Part shown: positions 10,718-24,236 of the stretch, piece by piece
Numbering within the stretch: position 1 is the first letter of the stretch
Layout of the letters: each line of letters opens with the position of its first letter
Assembly (NCBI RefSeq): GCF_006345805.1
Contig: NW_021834572.1
Location: 1 to 47,922 of the forward strand
Direction: 5' to 3'
Source of the DNA: Octopus sinensis
Taxonomy: Eukaryota
DNA: 47,922 nucleotides
Made by a program: the position numbers and the translations under genes
Notes under the pieces: generated by a model
What the model was told of the DNA's origin: nothing
Databases searched by the model: none
Seen by the model: only the letters and a program-made list of their open reading frames with translations

Positions 10718-12114
10718 TTTGACAAGGTTAATACTAAAATACAGTGGACCACTAGAAGACACAGTAATAGCGGCGTTATAAGTCGAAAATGGCTCTTAAA
10801 ATATATTGTGCAATGCTGTGTGTGAACTGCCTGTGATATTGGAGGAAATAAAAATTAAGGCAGAGACGGACGAGTTTATCATGATAAAAAAAAAAAAAAG
10901 TAGTGAGTTAAGAAGAAACAAATAAAAAATACATGTGGCTGGACGTAAAACAGTTTCGAATTTGTATTCGATATGTAATAATGTGCTTATGTATGCGCAG
11001 AGGGTCGTAATGCCTACCTCACTACAAGGTCGAATGTTAAAGGAATTCCACACTGGACATCCAGGAATTTCTAAAAGGAAATCGCTTATAAGAAGTTATG
11101 TTACTGACCAAAAATGGATCTAGATATCTGGAAGTGGGTAAAATACTGCAAAGGGTGTGTTCTTGCTGCGGAATCACCACCTATAAAATTTCGACCTTGG
11201 CCCAAGACCGATATTCCATGGTCCAGACTCATAGACTTTGTAGATAGCTTTACTAAGTGGCTAGAAATGTATAAATGCAGAAAACCGATACCCACGGCAA
11301 CAGTTGAATTTCTAAACAAACTTTTTGCTAGGTATGGTGTCCCGGGCATCATAGTCTCCGATAACGGTATACAATTTACAACAAAGGAATTTAAGAATGT
11401 TTGCAAAATGTACTCAATTTAACATAGTACTACTAATCCGTATCATCCAAGATCTAACGGGGAAGCGGAAAGGTTCGTGGATGCATTTAAAAGAGCATTA
11501 AAGAAATCAAGAAACTGGCAAGTCGATTACGCAGCACTGACACGATTCTTGAAGGTTTATAGGATAACACCAAACCCAAACGCTTTTTCAGGCAAGTCGC
11601 CGGCGGAACTAATGTTTGCTCGAAAAATAGTCATATATTGACAAGCCGCGACCAATAAGAAAAATAAATAAGGAAAACATTTGAAATGCAACAACGTACT
11701 TTAATATCGGTGACAAGGCGCTTTTCAAAATATATGAATGGAAGACAAGTTTGAGAAGACCGAGTAGTAACAAAAAAAATATGCAAAATGATATATCTAA
11801 TAAGAGGTGAAAATGGGAACACAAAAGGCATTTAAACCAGCTAAAAAGTAGATATACTGTAAAAAGAAGAGAGATACCCATGGAAGTGTTCTCTGGCATC
11901 TTTGAAGTTCCAACGCCACAATAAATCGAACCTAGTCATAGCAGCAAAAGAAAGAGGAAACAAACAGAACGATTGGAATTTTAGTACTTCAACGGAAGAA
12001 ATATTAAACTTCCCTAGGAGGAAAATCTCAAAAAAGGAGATGTGATGAAAGAAAATTAAATAAATAAAATTAATAATATTAACTTCCAATAAAAGTCTTT
12101 CTCAAAGGGGGAGA

Positions 12115-12396
12115 TGCTGTGGCGAGAGACATTGATACCCTTGGGGAATTCGAAAAATGGACTAGCCGAACTCTTGTAAAGAGCAGAGGTGGGTAAGAGT
12201 CGAGAGGGTGTTTGGTAGTCTTGCGAAGTACGGCGTATGAACACATTGATTAACCCCCGTTTTATTAATTTATATATCCAACCTGTGCCAGGATATAAAA
12301 CATACATACATGCATACATACAGTATAGCCAATCATAATAAAAAAAAAGATGTAACGGTAGAATGTCCAAGTGAAAACCGCAATAAATCGTCAACA
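12115..12396 (+). mobile_element. 3' LTR of the Gypsy element (~282 bp)
   Basis: Starts TGCTG right after the PPT, AATAAA at 12382, ends CAACA. Confidence 0.7.
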
Positions 12397-12414
12397 TAAT
12401 AATTTGACATAGTA

Positions 12415-12610
12415 ATTTGGGATAGAGAAGAGAAACTGTGTGTAGTTGTGGGAATCAGCTGCCCAGCAGATTTGAAGATCAGTGAAAAAGAGGATACCTT
12501 CACTGAACTATTGAGAAATCTGTAGCTACATTATCCAGATTACAAGTTCAGGTTTGTACCTGCAATTATTGGGGCTCTGGGATCTGTAACTCACTGCCTA
12601 AATACCAATC
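12415..12610 (+). mobile_element. RLE-type LINE C-terminal fragment (family G)
   Basis: DREEKLCVVV.ISCPAD...ELLRNL..HYPDYKFRFVPAIIGALGSVTHCLNTN. Homologous to 17530-17885(-). Confidence 0.65.
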
Positions 12611-12775
12611 TTTATAATTTATTATACTTTAGTTTATCATTCAAGTATATATAAGCATGTTTGAACATGCAACTGTATGCATGAGAACACATGGATAAAA
12701 CAAAACATACAAATCTGCACATATTCATTCATACATACAAACACACACATACATATATGCATGTATATATATACA

Positions 12776-13270
12776 TTCATATTGAAAGACTTCAGACAAA
12801 GAACATACCTCCTCATTGATATGACTGTCCCAATCGATATAAACGTATCTGTCAAGACCTACCAAAAACTGAGCAAATATAAAGATCTTGAAATAGAAAT
12901 CAGCAAAATGTGGAACCCGAACACTAAAACAACACCTGTTGTCATAGGTGCCCTGGGAATGATAGTAAAAGGGGCTGATTGCTACCTAACTCAGATACCA
13001 GGAAACCCCAAAATGGCAGAAATTCAAAAGATAGTGCTCATGGGACTTGCCCATATCCTACACAAAATACTTTCTATGTAATCTCAAGTTTTAAAACAAA
13101 CATAATTTTCGTGTTTTTTTTTTTACATTTACTAGTACAACACTAAATACAAAACCAAATATATGGCACACTAGGAAACAACAACATGAACTTCCAACCT
13201 GTTGTCTCTTGAGGTCTCAGGATGAGACTTGGAGCCAACTTGTACAAATATAAAGCAAAAGTCAAACATA
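12776..13270 (+). mobile_element. Dong/R4 LINE 3' fragment (family B)
   Basis: RLE motif LLIDMTVP...QKLSKYKDLEIEISKMW...PVVIGALG. The 3'UTR runs straight into (TAA)n. Confidence 0.85.
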
Positions 13271-13355
13271 TAATAATATATAATAATGATAATAATAATA
13301 ATAATATAATATAATAATAATAATAATAATATAATGATGATGATGATGATGATAA

Positions 13356-13392
<37 letters not shown>

Positions 13393-13393
13393 T

Positions 13394-13433
<40 letters not shown>

Positions 13434-13451
13434 GATAATAATAATAACAAT

Positions 13452-13520
<69 letters not shown>
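13270..13520. repeat. (TAA)n/(TGA)n/(CAA)n array
   Basis: Directly visible. Confidence 0.95.
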
Positions 13521-13521
<1 letters not shown>

Positions 13522-13680
13522 TGTGCATGCCCTGATGCAGTACCAGGCAGTGGCTCTCATGGCTTCTGATCTTAACTGATTGGAAGTGTTATCATGTACA
13601 TTGTTTTGTCTTGGTATAAAAGATGGGCTACAGCAAATATTCTGCTCAATACCACAGATTTGCTTGGCAGTTGTTTGACT
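13521..13680 (+). mobile_element. 5' part of a non-coding (TAA)n-associated retroposon
   Basis: GCCCTGATGCAGTACCAGG...AAGATGGGCTACAGCAAATATTCTGCTC matches the revcomp of 29820-29940 and 38008-38021. Confidence 0.7.
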
Positions 13681-13808
13681 CAGGATGTGCAAAGCTCGAT
13701 CATATACGGCTGACCATCACGTCCAACGAGTTGGTAGTTTATGGTGTCGAAGAGAGGCAAAATTGACCTCAGTAAGTCAGTATGTCAGAGTCAGAATAAA
13801 ACATATAC

Positions 13809-13887
<79 letters not shown>

Positions 13888-13905
13888 CCTATCTACCTAT
13901 CTACA

Positions 13906-13977
<72 letters not shown>

Positions 13978-16524
13978 GCGATGGCAGAATGCTCGATGGA
14001 CGCGATGGCAGAATGCCCGAGGGACAAATCACTGGGTTTGGCTGGTCTACCCTACGAGATTTGCAATTGTATGCCAGACTTGTTTTTGGATGTCTTGGCA
14101 GCGGTATACTGCAACTGGCAGCAAAACGGGAGCATTCCTGGTTTTGTGAGCCGAGGAGCCGTAACACTGCTGAAGAAAGATCTAAACAAGGGAAATGTAA
14201 TAGATAACTTTAGGCCCATCACTCTGCTTAAAGCAGACTTGAAAATTTTGGCCAAGGTGCTAGCCAAAAGGTTGGCGCTTGTCATCGAGAAACTGGTCGA
14301 CAAGGCGCAAACATGCGCCGTGCTGGGCCGGACCATCCATGACAACCTCCACCTGATGCGCTACATCATAGACAGGGTAGTTAACGAACCTGGCATGGGT
14401 GGGGCGCTGATCAATTTGGATCAATCGAAAGCTTTCGATAGGGTGGACCATCGATACTTGGAGGCAGTCCTCAGAGCGGCTGGCTTCGATCCCGTCTTCC
14501 GCGGCTGGATAGCCGCTTTGTACAGAGGCATCCGTTCGGTAATTCGCGTAAATGGACATCTATCGAGATCTTTCGACATCGCACGTTCGGTCCGTCAGCC
14601 ATTCCTGACTCGTCGCTTCTATACGTATTGACTCTCGAGCCATTATTGCGGAAGCTGGCAACTTTGAGGGGCATCCCGCGAGAACTGGGATGCGGGACGA
14701 GCGTGTCTGCATACGCGGACGACGTCACCGTCATAGTGTGTAGCCACGAGCACATCGAACAGGTCGGCGAGACACTGAAAAACTACGAAGCGGTGACAGG
14801 GGCAAAAGTCAACCGGGAAAAGTCAGTGGGCTTGCGACTAGGCACCTGGAGAAGCAAGCCCATGCCGTCCACCAGCGCCTCCGTCGTGGGACGCTGGACC
14901 GACGGCTCGGTCGAGTTGCTCGGGGTCTGGTTCGGTCCGGACCTCCAAGTGGAGAAGAACTGGAACGAGATAACGAGTAGGGTGGTCATTCTCGCCCGGC
15001 AATGGGCCGAGAGGAAACTGTCCCTAAAAGGTCGGCCGGAGGTGGTGAACACGTACATTGCGTCAGTCATCTACTACCGCCTGACCGTCGTGCCTTGTCC
15101 CGACCCTACCATCACCAAACTACAACGCATTCTCTTTCGCTTCTTGTGGAAAGGATGCGTCCCGATGGTCAGGCGACCCATTTGCTGTCAACACCCGTTA
15201 AAAGAGGACTGGGCATGCCGTGGTTGATGATGCGCAGACACGCGCTGAGACTGCGACATCTCAGGCTCTTCGTAGACGACGTGAACAGGTGTGGTCGCCG
15301 TTTGTGAGGCCGCTTTCCCGCAGCTCGTCTCCATGACCGAACTACAGTCATGGATCAAAAAGAGGCCGAGGAAGGGCGAATGGCAACCGCGAGTGTCGCG
15401 TTGCTCTCAAGCAACTCTGCCGTCCTGGGTCGACCTTGAGTGACTTCATCACAACTAAAGCATTCTATAGGGGATTAGTGGAGGGGAGGTACGACGACGA
15501 GCTCGGGGCAAACCTGGACGTCGACGAGGAGTACCTGACCCGCCTGTTCGGGACGACTTTCGGGCCAGGGCACATGGACAACTTCCAGAGATCCCTGGCC
15601 TGGCAGTGCTACCGAGAAGCGCTACCCGTTCGGGATAAGCTCTACAGACACGGCTCGAGAAACACGGGGCCGACCTGCCCGAGATGCGGCCAGAGCGACG
15701 AAACCGTTCTGCACGCACTCGTGCAGTGTCCAACAATTTCCGACCTGTGGGCTTATGTCGAACAACTGCTGTCACGTGTGGGACGAGTCGGTTTATCAGC
15801 TGAGTCTATCGTCAATATTGTCACGCCTCCTTCCTTCAAACGGGTAGGAAGAGCTATTTTCATCATCCTTATGGCTATGGCGAAAGAATGTATCTAGTGG
15901 ACGCGTCTGAAAGGATTGGAGACAAACACTTTCCTCTCTGGTCAATCTCTCATCAACTTCTTCAAGTATCACTTGAAAAGGAAAGTGAGAGTAGAGAGGC
16001 AAGTTTTGTCTAGCGAATGTTTTAAAAAAAGATGGGTGAATGTAGCAAGGATGGCACGTATGAATGACGAAGCCACCTTGAGCATGATCCTATGAACCCA
16101 GAAAACAGAGGGTTACCCACTTGCAAACAAATGTGGTAACCTATAACAATATTGACCAAGGTTACCGTGGTTTTTTCGTAGGCTTTTCTTCCCACGGATA
16201 AACCTTACTTGCTTTCACCTTTACACCATACATCATGACACTGTGATACACGATCCCTATTGATCGTTTTTTTTTCTTTTTTTCCTCTTCCCCCTTTCCC
16301 CTCCTTTTTTCTTCCTTTTTTCATTTCTCTTTTCTTTTGTTCCTCTTCCTTTTTTTCTTTTCTTTTTTTTTTCATTTTTTCCCTTTTACGATCCCTTTTG
16401 ATCGAAAACCTACGCCACCTTTTTTTGTTTCTTTTGTTTTTTGTTTTTTTCATCCCCCAAAAGAAAAGCTCTACCTCGTAACTTGTCCCATCTGTGTGCA
16501 GCCCTGTGTGGCCAATAAAGAAAC
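13978..16524 (+). mobile_element. Tx1/L1-clade LINE, 5'-truncated (RT, zinc knuckle, 3'UTR), embedded in (TATC)n
   Basis: NFRPITLL, LDQSKAFDRVDH, YADD, CPRCGQSDETVLHALVQC. Frameshifts and a TAG stop. (TATC)n at 13810-13977 and 16525-16838. Confidence 0.92.
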
Positions 16525-16682
<158 letters not shown>

Positions 16683-16683
16683 G

Positions 16684-16722
<39 letters not shown>

Positions 16723-16728
16723 ATCTAT

Positions 16729-16838
<110 letters not shown>

Positions 16839-17149
16839 GTGTGTGTATGTGTGTGTTTGTGTGTGTGTGTGTGTATGTGCACAGTCATAAAAGCAATAAT
16901 TCCTTGATGGATTTCACGAAAATTCCATCCAAGGATAATTATTATTATCATATTTATCTTATATTATATCGGTGCACCTCGATGCAATCTCGAAAAACTA
17001 GTTTGCCAGTGACTATTAATAGACTGTCGCATAAGCAGTTGTCCGAAAATGTCATCATAGCTCTATTTGAAAATTCAAATCGTTTACCATAAACAAATTT
17101 AAAGGATGTATATATACATACATGCACACATATATGTGTGTATGTATGT

Positions 17150-17885
17150 ATGTCATTATTCAGTTTATTTCAAGATTTCTTACCAATAGTGAAAATATCG
17201 GTTTCTAACCTAGATCCAGGCTTCTCAATTGGAATTTGAACAACATCGACAGGATATTTTTGTATGTATGTATGTATGTATGTATGTATGTATGTATGTA
17301 TGTATGTATGTATGTATGTATGTATGTATGTATGTATGTATGTATGCATTTATGTATGTATGTATGTATGTATGTATGTATGTATGTATGTGTGTATGTA
17401 TGTATGTATGTATGTATGTATGTATGTATGTATGTATGTATGTATGTATGTATGTATGCATTTATGTAAGTGCAGATTTCTATGTTTTATGTATGTATTC
17501 TCATGCGTATAGCTGTAATTCTAGACATGCACATATATATATTTAAATAATAAACTTCTGGAAAGTTTTACAGATTTTTACAGTTCCAACGATGGTTGGA
17601 TTTGTAGACCTCGAAATACCTTCCCCCTTTCTGGTTTTGAGAAGCCTAATTTCTGATGATTGGTATTTACGGAATGTGTTACATATCCCAGCACCCTAAT
17701 AATTACAGATATAAACCTGAAGTAATTATCTGGATAGAGGAACTGCAGATATCTCAATAGTTCAGTGTAGACATTCTCTTTTTTCACTGATCTTCAGCTT
17801 TATGTTAACATCCGCAGGACAGCTGATTTCCGCAACTATACACAGTTTCTCTTATCTATTCCAAATCATTATATCAGTTCTATTG
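17150..17885 (-). mobile_element. RLE-type LINE 3' fragment (family G) with internal (CATA)n and a (CATA)n tail
   Basis: EKLCIVAEISCPADVNIKLKISEK and ELLRYLQFLYPD. 3' end AAACTGAATAATGA-CATACATACATAC. (TATG)n at 17260-17460. Confidence 0.65.
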
Positions 17886-17975
17886 AGTTTACATTTTATT
17901 GAAGTTTTGACTGGTACATTTCACATATGCATGTACCTTCAGCCGTCTGGAGTACTGAGCGCAGTTATGTTCCTA

Positions 17976-19205
17976 CGAGGGACGTTCAATAAGTAATGCC
18001 CCTGACCCACTTACAGTTGTTTGATCTAGCTGAAATTTTGTATGTGCAATTATTTATATCTCTATAAATTAAGTGACAAATTACATCTCTGAACTAATTG
18101 TAGTTTCTGATTTACAGGTGTTTGAACTGAGTCAAGTGTGAAATGGAGCCTGTTGAGTGTCGAGCAGTGATCCGGTTTTTGTATTTGAAAGGACGCACAC
18201 CACGGGAGACTTTTGATGAAATGAAAGTAACTTATGTTGATGATGCCCCATCATATGACCTTGTAAAACGCTGGCATCGTGAATTCAAACATGGTCGGAA
18301 CTCTGTGGAAACAGCTCCCAGATCTGGTCGCCCCCCTTATGCCATTGATGAGGCATCTGTCCGTCAGTTGAGGCTGCCATTTTGGAAAATTGACACATAA
18401 CTATTCGCCAAATAGCCCATGAGGTCAAGATTAGTACCGGGTCTTTGGAAACTATCATTCATGACCATTTGCATATGCAAAAGGTGTCTGCCAGATGGAT
18501 TCTCAGGTTGTTCACACCTTTCCAGAAGCAAGAACGCGTCGAGTGCTCCAGGATGAAACCTGGGCCCATTACTATGATCCAGAGACCAAAGCCCAGTCAA
18601 TGCAGTGGAAGCACCGTGACTCACCTCCTCCAAAGAAGGCAAGGGTGCAGTCCTCCGCTGGCAAGGTCATGCTCACAGTCTTCTGGGACCAGGACGGAGT
18701 AGTGATGACAGATTTCCTGGCAAAGGTTACCACAAATACAGGAGCCTATTATGCTTCACTTTTGAGGAAATTAAGAGAAGCTATCAAAATCAAGAGGCGG
18801 GGCAAGATCAGCAAAGGCATCCTCCTCCTGCAGGACAACGCTCCGGTCCACAACTCGCGTGTCGCCAGATCAGAAGCACAGGCGTGAGGCTATGAACTCC
18901 TCCCCCATCCCCCTATTCTCCTGATCTTGCACCCCCTGATTTTCACCTCTTCCCAGCCATGAAGTTGTTTTTGAAAAGAAAGCGTTTCCCAGATGATGCA
19001 GCCTTGATTTCTGAAGTCACGTCGTGGTTGGAGGACCAAGCTGGGGTCTTCTACAAAAACGGTCTCCAGAGCTGCATCAAATAATGGGATAAATGCGTAA
19101 CTCTGGGTGGTTCCTATGTAGAAAAAGACTAATAACTGTGCCAAGTTTCGTTGCTCTACTGCTATGGGAAGTGGGTCAGGGACATTCCTTTTTGAACGCC
19201 CCTCG
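17976..19205 (+). mobile_element. mariner DNA transposon (irritans-like), full span, defective transposase
   Basis: TIRs CGAGGGACGTTCAATAAGTAATGCCCCTGACCCACTT vs revcomp CGAGGGCGTTCAAAAAGGAATGTCCCTGACCCACTT, with TA TSDs. Motifs RSGRP, DETW, QDNAPVH, YSPDLAPPDF. Frameshift, internal deletion and TGA stop. Confidence 0.95.
18143..19132 (+). pseudogene. mariner transposase pseudogene (DD34D)
   Basis: Pieces 18143-18400, 18445-18702 and 18495-18887, plus the post-stop GYELLPHPPYSPDLAPPDFHLF segment. Confidence 0.9.
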
Positions 19206-19279
19206 TAAAAATATATTAAACTACGCATAGAGAAGATCCCAACAATGCTTCACAAAGTAGATCGCCTCAAAACAATACC

Positions 19280-19590
19280 CAATCAATTAGAAGAGATTGA
19301 AGTCGTTAAGACTCCACTGCCTAGAGATATGTCGAAGCAATGCAGCAATCAATAAGCGAAAGATCTTTGCGGGGCTAGCGACAGCAAACTTTTCTGTTGG
19401 GGGGTTATACTAATCCGTCAACCATTCGCCATTTCATAATCCTGAAGGTTTGAGAAATTTACACTGTCTGAACGTAGATGTATTCAAGAAACACCTGAAT
19501 GCTCCAATCTTTCGGATCCTGGACGAACCAACGTAACATCTAGAAACAAACTGTGGCATCAAATACACCCATTCACCAGATCACACTCCA
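19280..19590 (+). mobile_element. Decayed CR1/L2-like LINE 3' fragment
   Basis: KSLRLHCLE resembles LRLYSLERRR, and VDVFKKHL...ILDEP resembles the CR1-group C-terminus. Confidence 0.45.
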
Positions 19591-20629
19591 GAGAAGGATG
19601 TATGGTCTTTATATTTTAGGGATTACAAGTTCAAAGAAGATATGCCCGGCCACCTAGGGAGAGAAACAAAATCTCCAATATTATTCTTATAAATCGTTAG
19701 ACTGACAAAATATATGAAATATATAAGTTACAAGTAGAAACAAAAGCGTGAAATTATGTGAATAAGTGTATGTATGTGTGTTTGTGGGCATATGTGTGCG
19801 TGTTTGTGTGTTTGCGTGTGGGTGCGCGCGCGTGTATGTGTGTGTAAACGTATATATGCATAGATTTATATTTTCATTTTTAACACTTTGATTTGATGTA
19901 TTTTAACATTTGCACAGGTATTCCTAAATAAGAATAATTCTATATAATATTTCTATATAAATGTCCATTTCAGGGCCTAAAAACGCTATCCCTAAGATAG
20001 CGTCCTGGCGCTGGTATCAAATTAGTTCTAATTAGTTTATGATTTCAAAATTGTGTCAATAAAATGATATAGATGAATAAATTATGTTAAAATTATGAAA
20101 AAGGACAGAAATCATAATGAATTAAATTGTACTGGAAGGATTAGATGTGTAATAGGCCATATTAAATTATTTAATCACGGACACATCCAGGATCGCTAAA
20201 AACGTATGTAGGAAAATAATTAGTTATTAAAATGATACAGAAGGATAAAATGAAATCCAAATTAAATAAACTGTACTAAAAGTACTGACTAAATGTCTAA
20301 TGGACCATGTTATAGGGTGTAATCGTGGAAGTATAGGGGGTACCTAATGCTATGTAGCGGAAAAAAAGCAATAAGTTGAAATTAATTAAAAAAAGAAAAA
20401 CAAAGGATAAAGAAAGAAAATCAATTATGCTTGACTCTGTTAATTGATATAGGAAAGTAGGTGCATTATATGACAAAATAAATTAGTAAATAGAAATATG
20501 TACGCGTTGAAGACTTACAGTTTATTAAAAAGCGTATGTGTAATGGTAAATATGAAGAATGTATTAAGTAAGGTGAGATATTAAGATAGAAAATCTAAGT
20601 ATATATTTCAGGAACATTTTTAAATATAT

Positions 20630-20860
20630 TCTTTATCTTTTTCTTTTTTATTTGTTTCAGTCATTTGACTGCGGCCATGCTGGAGCACCGCCTTTATTCG
20701 AACAAGTTGATGCCTTCAGGACTTATTCTTTGTAAGCCAAGTACTTATTCTATCGGGTTCTTTTGCCGATACGCTAAGTTACAGGGACGTAAGAATACCA
20801 ACATCAGTTGTCAAGCGATGGTGGGGAGACAAACACAGACACGGAAACACACACACACAT
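20630..20860 (-). mobile_element. OK-like SINE 3' half
   Basis: Homologous to 980-1190. Confidence 0.8.
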
Positions 20861-21802
20861 TTTTGTGTTTCGGGATTGTGATTCTTTTTTCCCCCCAAAT
20901 AAACACATGTACTATATATTTGTTCCTCAGTCGTTTATTACTCTTCTTATTTTAAGTCTTGTCCATTGTACGGAAATCTTTCGTCACACATTTGTGACCT
21001 CCTCAGCCACACTTTTCGTTTTCGTGTGTGTTCTTGCTCCACTTACTCCATTCTGTAAGGGTACTACAAAGGTGGAAAGTGGAAAGATGATCACAATGGC
21101 GGTGCTCCAGCATGGCCACAGTCATTGGGCTGAAGCATATTAAAGAATAAATGAATAAAAGAATATGACTATATATGATACACGAATATATGCATGTAGA
21201 AGCATTATCGTTAAAGCGGACGCTGTTATGCCTAATACCAGATAAACCAGACGAATCTGAGTTAAGAAACCGTCAGTATGAGTTTGCTGCCATTTCGAAA
21301 TATAACTTAGGTTGTCCCACATAATTTAGGTTTGCTACATGAGCGCTGTTTACCCGCCAAAATTGGTAAAATTTTATATATACTAACCTCACTTAGTATA
21401 ATTGAGGATCATAATGGCGGAATTATTTTTTGTTCTTGTTGACAGCCAGTAGTCTGAGATAGCTGTACACACCACACAGCTGACTTTACTATGACATATA
21501 TTGATTGGATAGCAAATAATATGAGAGTGAGAAAAAGTAAAAATTCAACGCAAGAGGCGTTTCATCTCTGCACATCCTGTTTATAATTCGATTTAATGCT
21601 TTTTCCTAAAAAAAAACTCTTTCTTTCTTTCAAGCACTCTCTTATAAACAACTTGTCTAAAATTTATTCATTACTTTTCCCCGGTCCATATTCAATCTAC
21701 TCTTCATGCAAAACCTATATCATTTCACTTACATTTACACTTCTCTAAAATGAATGCTACAATTTCAAGAAAATTTATGTAAACTCGTGGAAAATTAATT
21801 AG

Positions 21803-21859
<57 letters not shown>

Positions 21860-21944
21860 ATACGCACAAACATGTTTGTATCTTGCTTGCATGATTATTT
21901 ATGTGAATTCGTGCGTTGAAACAAATTTTGTTATGTTTAGAGAG

Positions 21945-22403
21945 AGTCATCATACCAATATAATTAACATGCACACTGGTCCAAATCCACTCGTCTTAAC
22001 AGGGTTTTCGTAAGGTTTATGCTTCTCCCATAACCCGTACAGCATAGGAAAATTGTTGTTAAATGCCTGAAAATTTTGGGCAGTACATTCTCTGGGTTGG
22101 AGTATGTCGCCCCATATTCCCATGTGTGCGTTGAGAATTTTTCTACACTTTCGTGTTCTTGTGATGCGACCTTTCACATGCTACTAATGAGTTATTGCAT
22201 GGTCTTGACATAGTTCTGTAGGTTGTCTACTGGTATCCTAACAGATTTGTCCTTAGGGAGGAGCACTAATTCATTGTTCCTAATTTAAAGCTTTTTTCAG
22301 TTGCCGTGATGGTTTGGATTTGTAGTCTTCAAATCAGCTTTCTCCTTTCTAGTATTGAGTTGAGTTGGTGGATCTCCCCCTCATTATGTTTATATATATA
22401 TAT

Positions 22404-22448
<45 letters not shown>

Positions 22449-22545
22449 TCCAAATGTGTCGGAGTCTATTTCTAGCAGGAAGGAAAACTTAGCCTTTGCC
22501 TCACTTCCGGTCTGTTGTGGAAGACTACCCTTTTGTTGAAAAGTA
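21945..22545 (-). mobile_element. Decayed Penelope-like RT N-terminal fragment
   Basis: FNNNFPMLYGLWEKHKPYENPVK..GFGPVC resembles the PLE RT motif P.LYGL.K.HK...P.RP.C. Confidence 0.55.
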
Positions 22546-22560
22546 AGTTTGTGGGATTTG

Positions 22561-23182
22561 TCGTTGGAGACAATAAATCATATTATCTCTGGCTGCCCAG
22601 TCCTAGCTAAGAAGGAATATATTCACAGTCACGACAGAGTTGGGCCCTACATACACTGGAAGCTATGGAATAAAAAGAGAAAAAGATGGTATAAACACAC
22701 GCCAGAAAGCGTCACAGAAAACGAGAAAGCAACCATAATCTGGGATATGCCAATGCATACAACTAGAGAAATTAAGGCCAATAGGCCAGATATAGTTGTC
22801 AGAGATCAAGAAGAAAAAAGTGTTTTCTAATTGAAGTATCAATACAAGCAGATGACAATGTTTCCCAAAAAGAAATGGTGAAACTTTCAAAATACAAAGA
22901 CCTGGAGATAGAGGTAACTCGAATATGGAGTCTAAAAACAGAAACAATTCCTATCATAGTGGGCGCATCAGGTGAGATAAAAAAATATTCAGACAAATAC
23001 ATAACAAAAACACCAGGACTAACAAGTATATATAACATACAGAAATTAGCACTACTAGGCACCGCACATATCCTAGGTAAAAAACTTTCATATAGTAACC
23101 ATAAGAGCATCACAGCAAACCACAGCACATGCAAGGCACACAGGGCTGCGATCGGTGAAAGCAAGTGATAAAAATAAGACTA

Positions 23183-23185
<3 letters not shown>
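22561..23185 (+). mobile_element. Dong/R4 LINE 3' fragment (family A)
   Basis: ETINHIISGCPVLAKKEY, ANRPDIVV, KLSKYKDLEIEV. 3' end ACTACTG followed by (AAT)n. Confidence 0.88.
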
Positions 23186-23271
<86 letters not shown>

Positions 23272-23467
23272 TGATGATAATGATGATAATAATAATAATA
23301 ATGAAAACAATAATAAAAGTAATAATAATAATCATAATACTAATAGTAATAATAGTAATAAATAATAATATTAATAGTAATAATAATAATAATAGAAATA
23401 GTAATAATGATAAATAATAGTAATAATTATAGTAATAATAATAGCAATAATCATAATAGTAATAATA

Positions 23468-23530
<63 letters not shown>

Positions 23531-23979
23531 AAACAATAATAAAAGTAATAATAATAATCATAATACTAATAGTAATAATAGTAATAAATAATAATAGTAA
23601 TAGTAATAATAATAATAATAATAGTAATAGTAATAATCATAACAAAAGTAATAATTATAGTATTAATAATAATAAGTAATAATTATAGTAATAATAATAA
23701 TAGTATATAATCATAAAAATAATAATAATAATAGTAAAGTAGTAATAATAATAATAATAATAATAGTAATAATAAAAATAATATGATAATAATATAAAAA
23801 AAATAAATAATAATAAGAAATAATAATGATAATAATAATAATAATAATATAATAAAAATAACAAAATAATAATAATAATAATAACAATAACAAATAAAAT
23901 AATAATAATAATAACAATAACAATAACAATAATAATAAATAATAACAATAATAATAATAATAATAATAATATAATAATG

Positions 23980-24019
<40 letters not shown>

Positions 24020-24044
24020 TAACAATAATAATAATAATAATAAC

Positions 24045-24120
<76 letters not shown>

Positions 24121-24147
24121 CAATATAATAATAATATAATAATAATA

Positions 24148-24206
<59 letters not shown>

Positions 24207-24236
24207 AGATAATAATAATAATAATAATAATAATAA

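Larger units (their letters stand above)
10050..12396 (+). mobile_element. Ty3/Gypsy (Mag-like) LTR retrotransposon remnant: gag knuckles, RNase H, integrase, PPT, 3' LTR
   Basis: Two CCHC-like knuckles (PCYG*GSL..SNC, CVDCGKIGHK). RNase H FIHGRNFCLQIDQRPLLSIY. Integrase PWSR..IDF, VSDNGIQF, PYHPRSNGEAERFV. PPT AAAGGGGGAGA before TG at 12115. Confidence 0.88.

Noticed and set aside
19960-20560. AT-rich stretch with a small ACGCTATC/GATAGCGT hairpin
   Set aside because: No ORF, TIR or homology recognised, and an 8-bp stem is expected by chance.
21140-21322. Minus ORF with a TM-like segment LVYLVLGITASALTIMLL
   Set aside because: Single short hydrophobic stretch in AT-rich DNA with no family motif. 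It needs RNA-seq or tBLASTn to be taken seriously.
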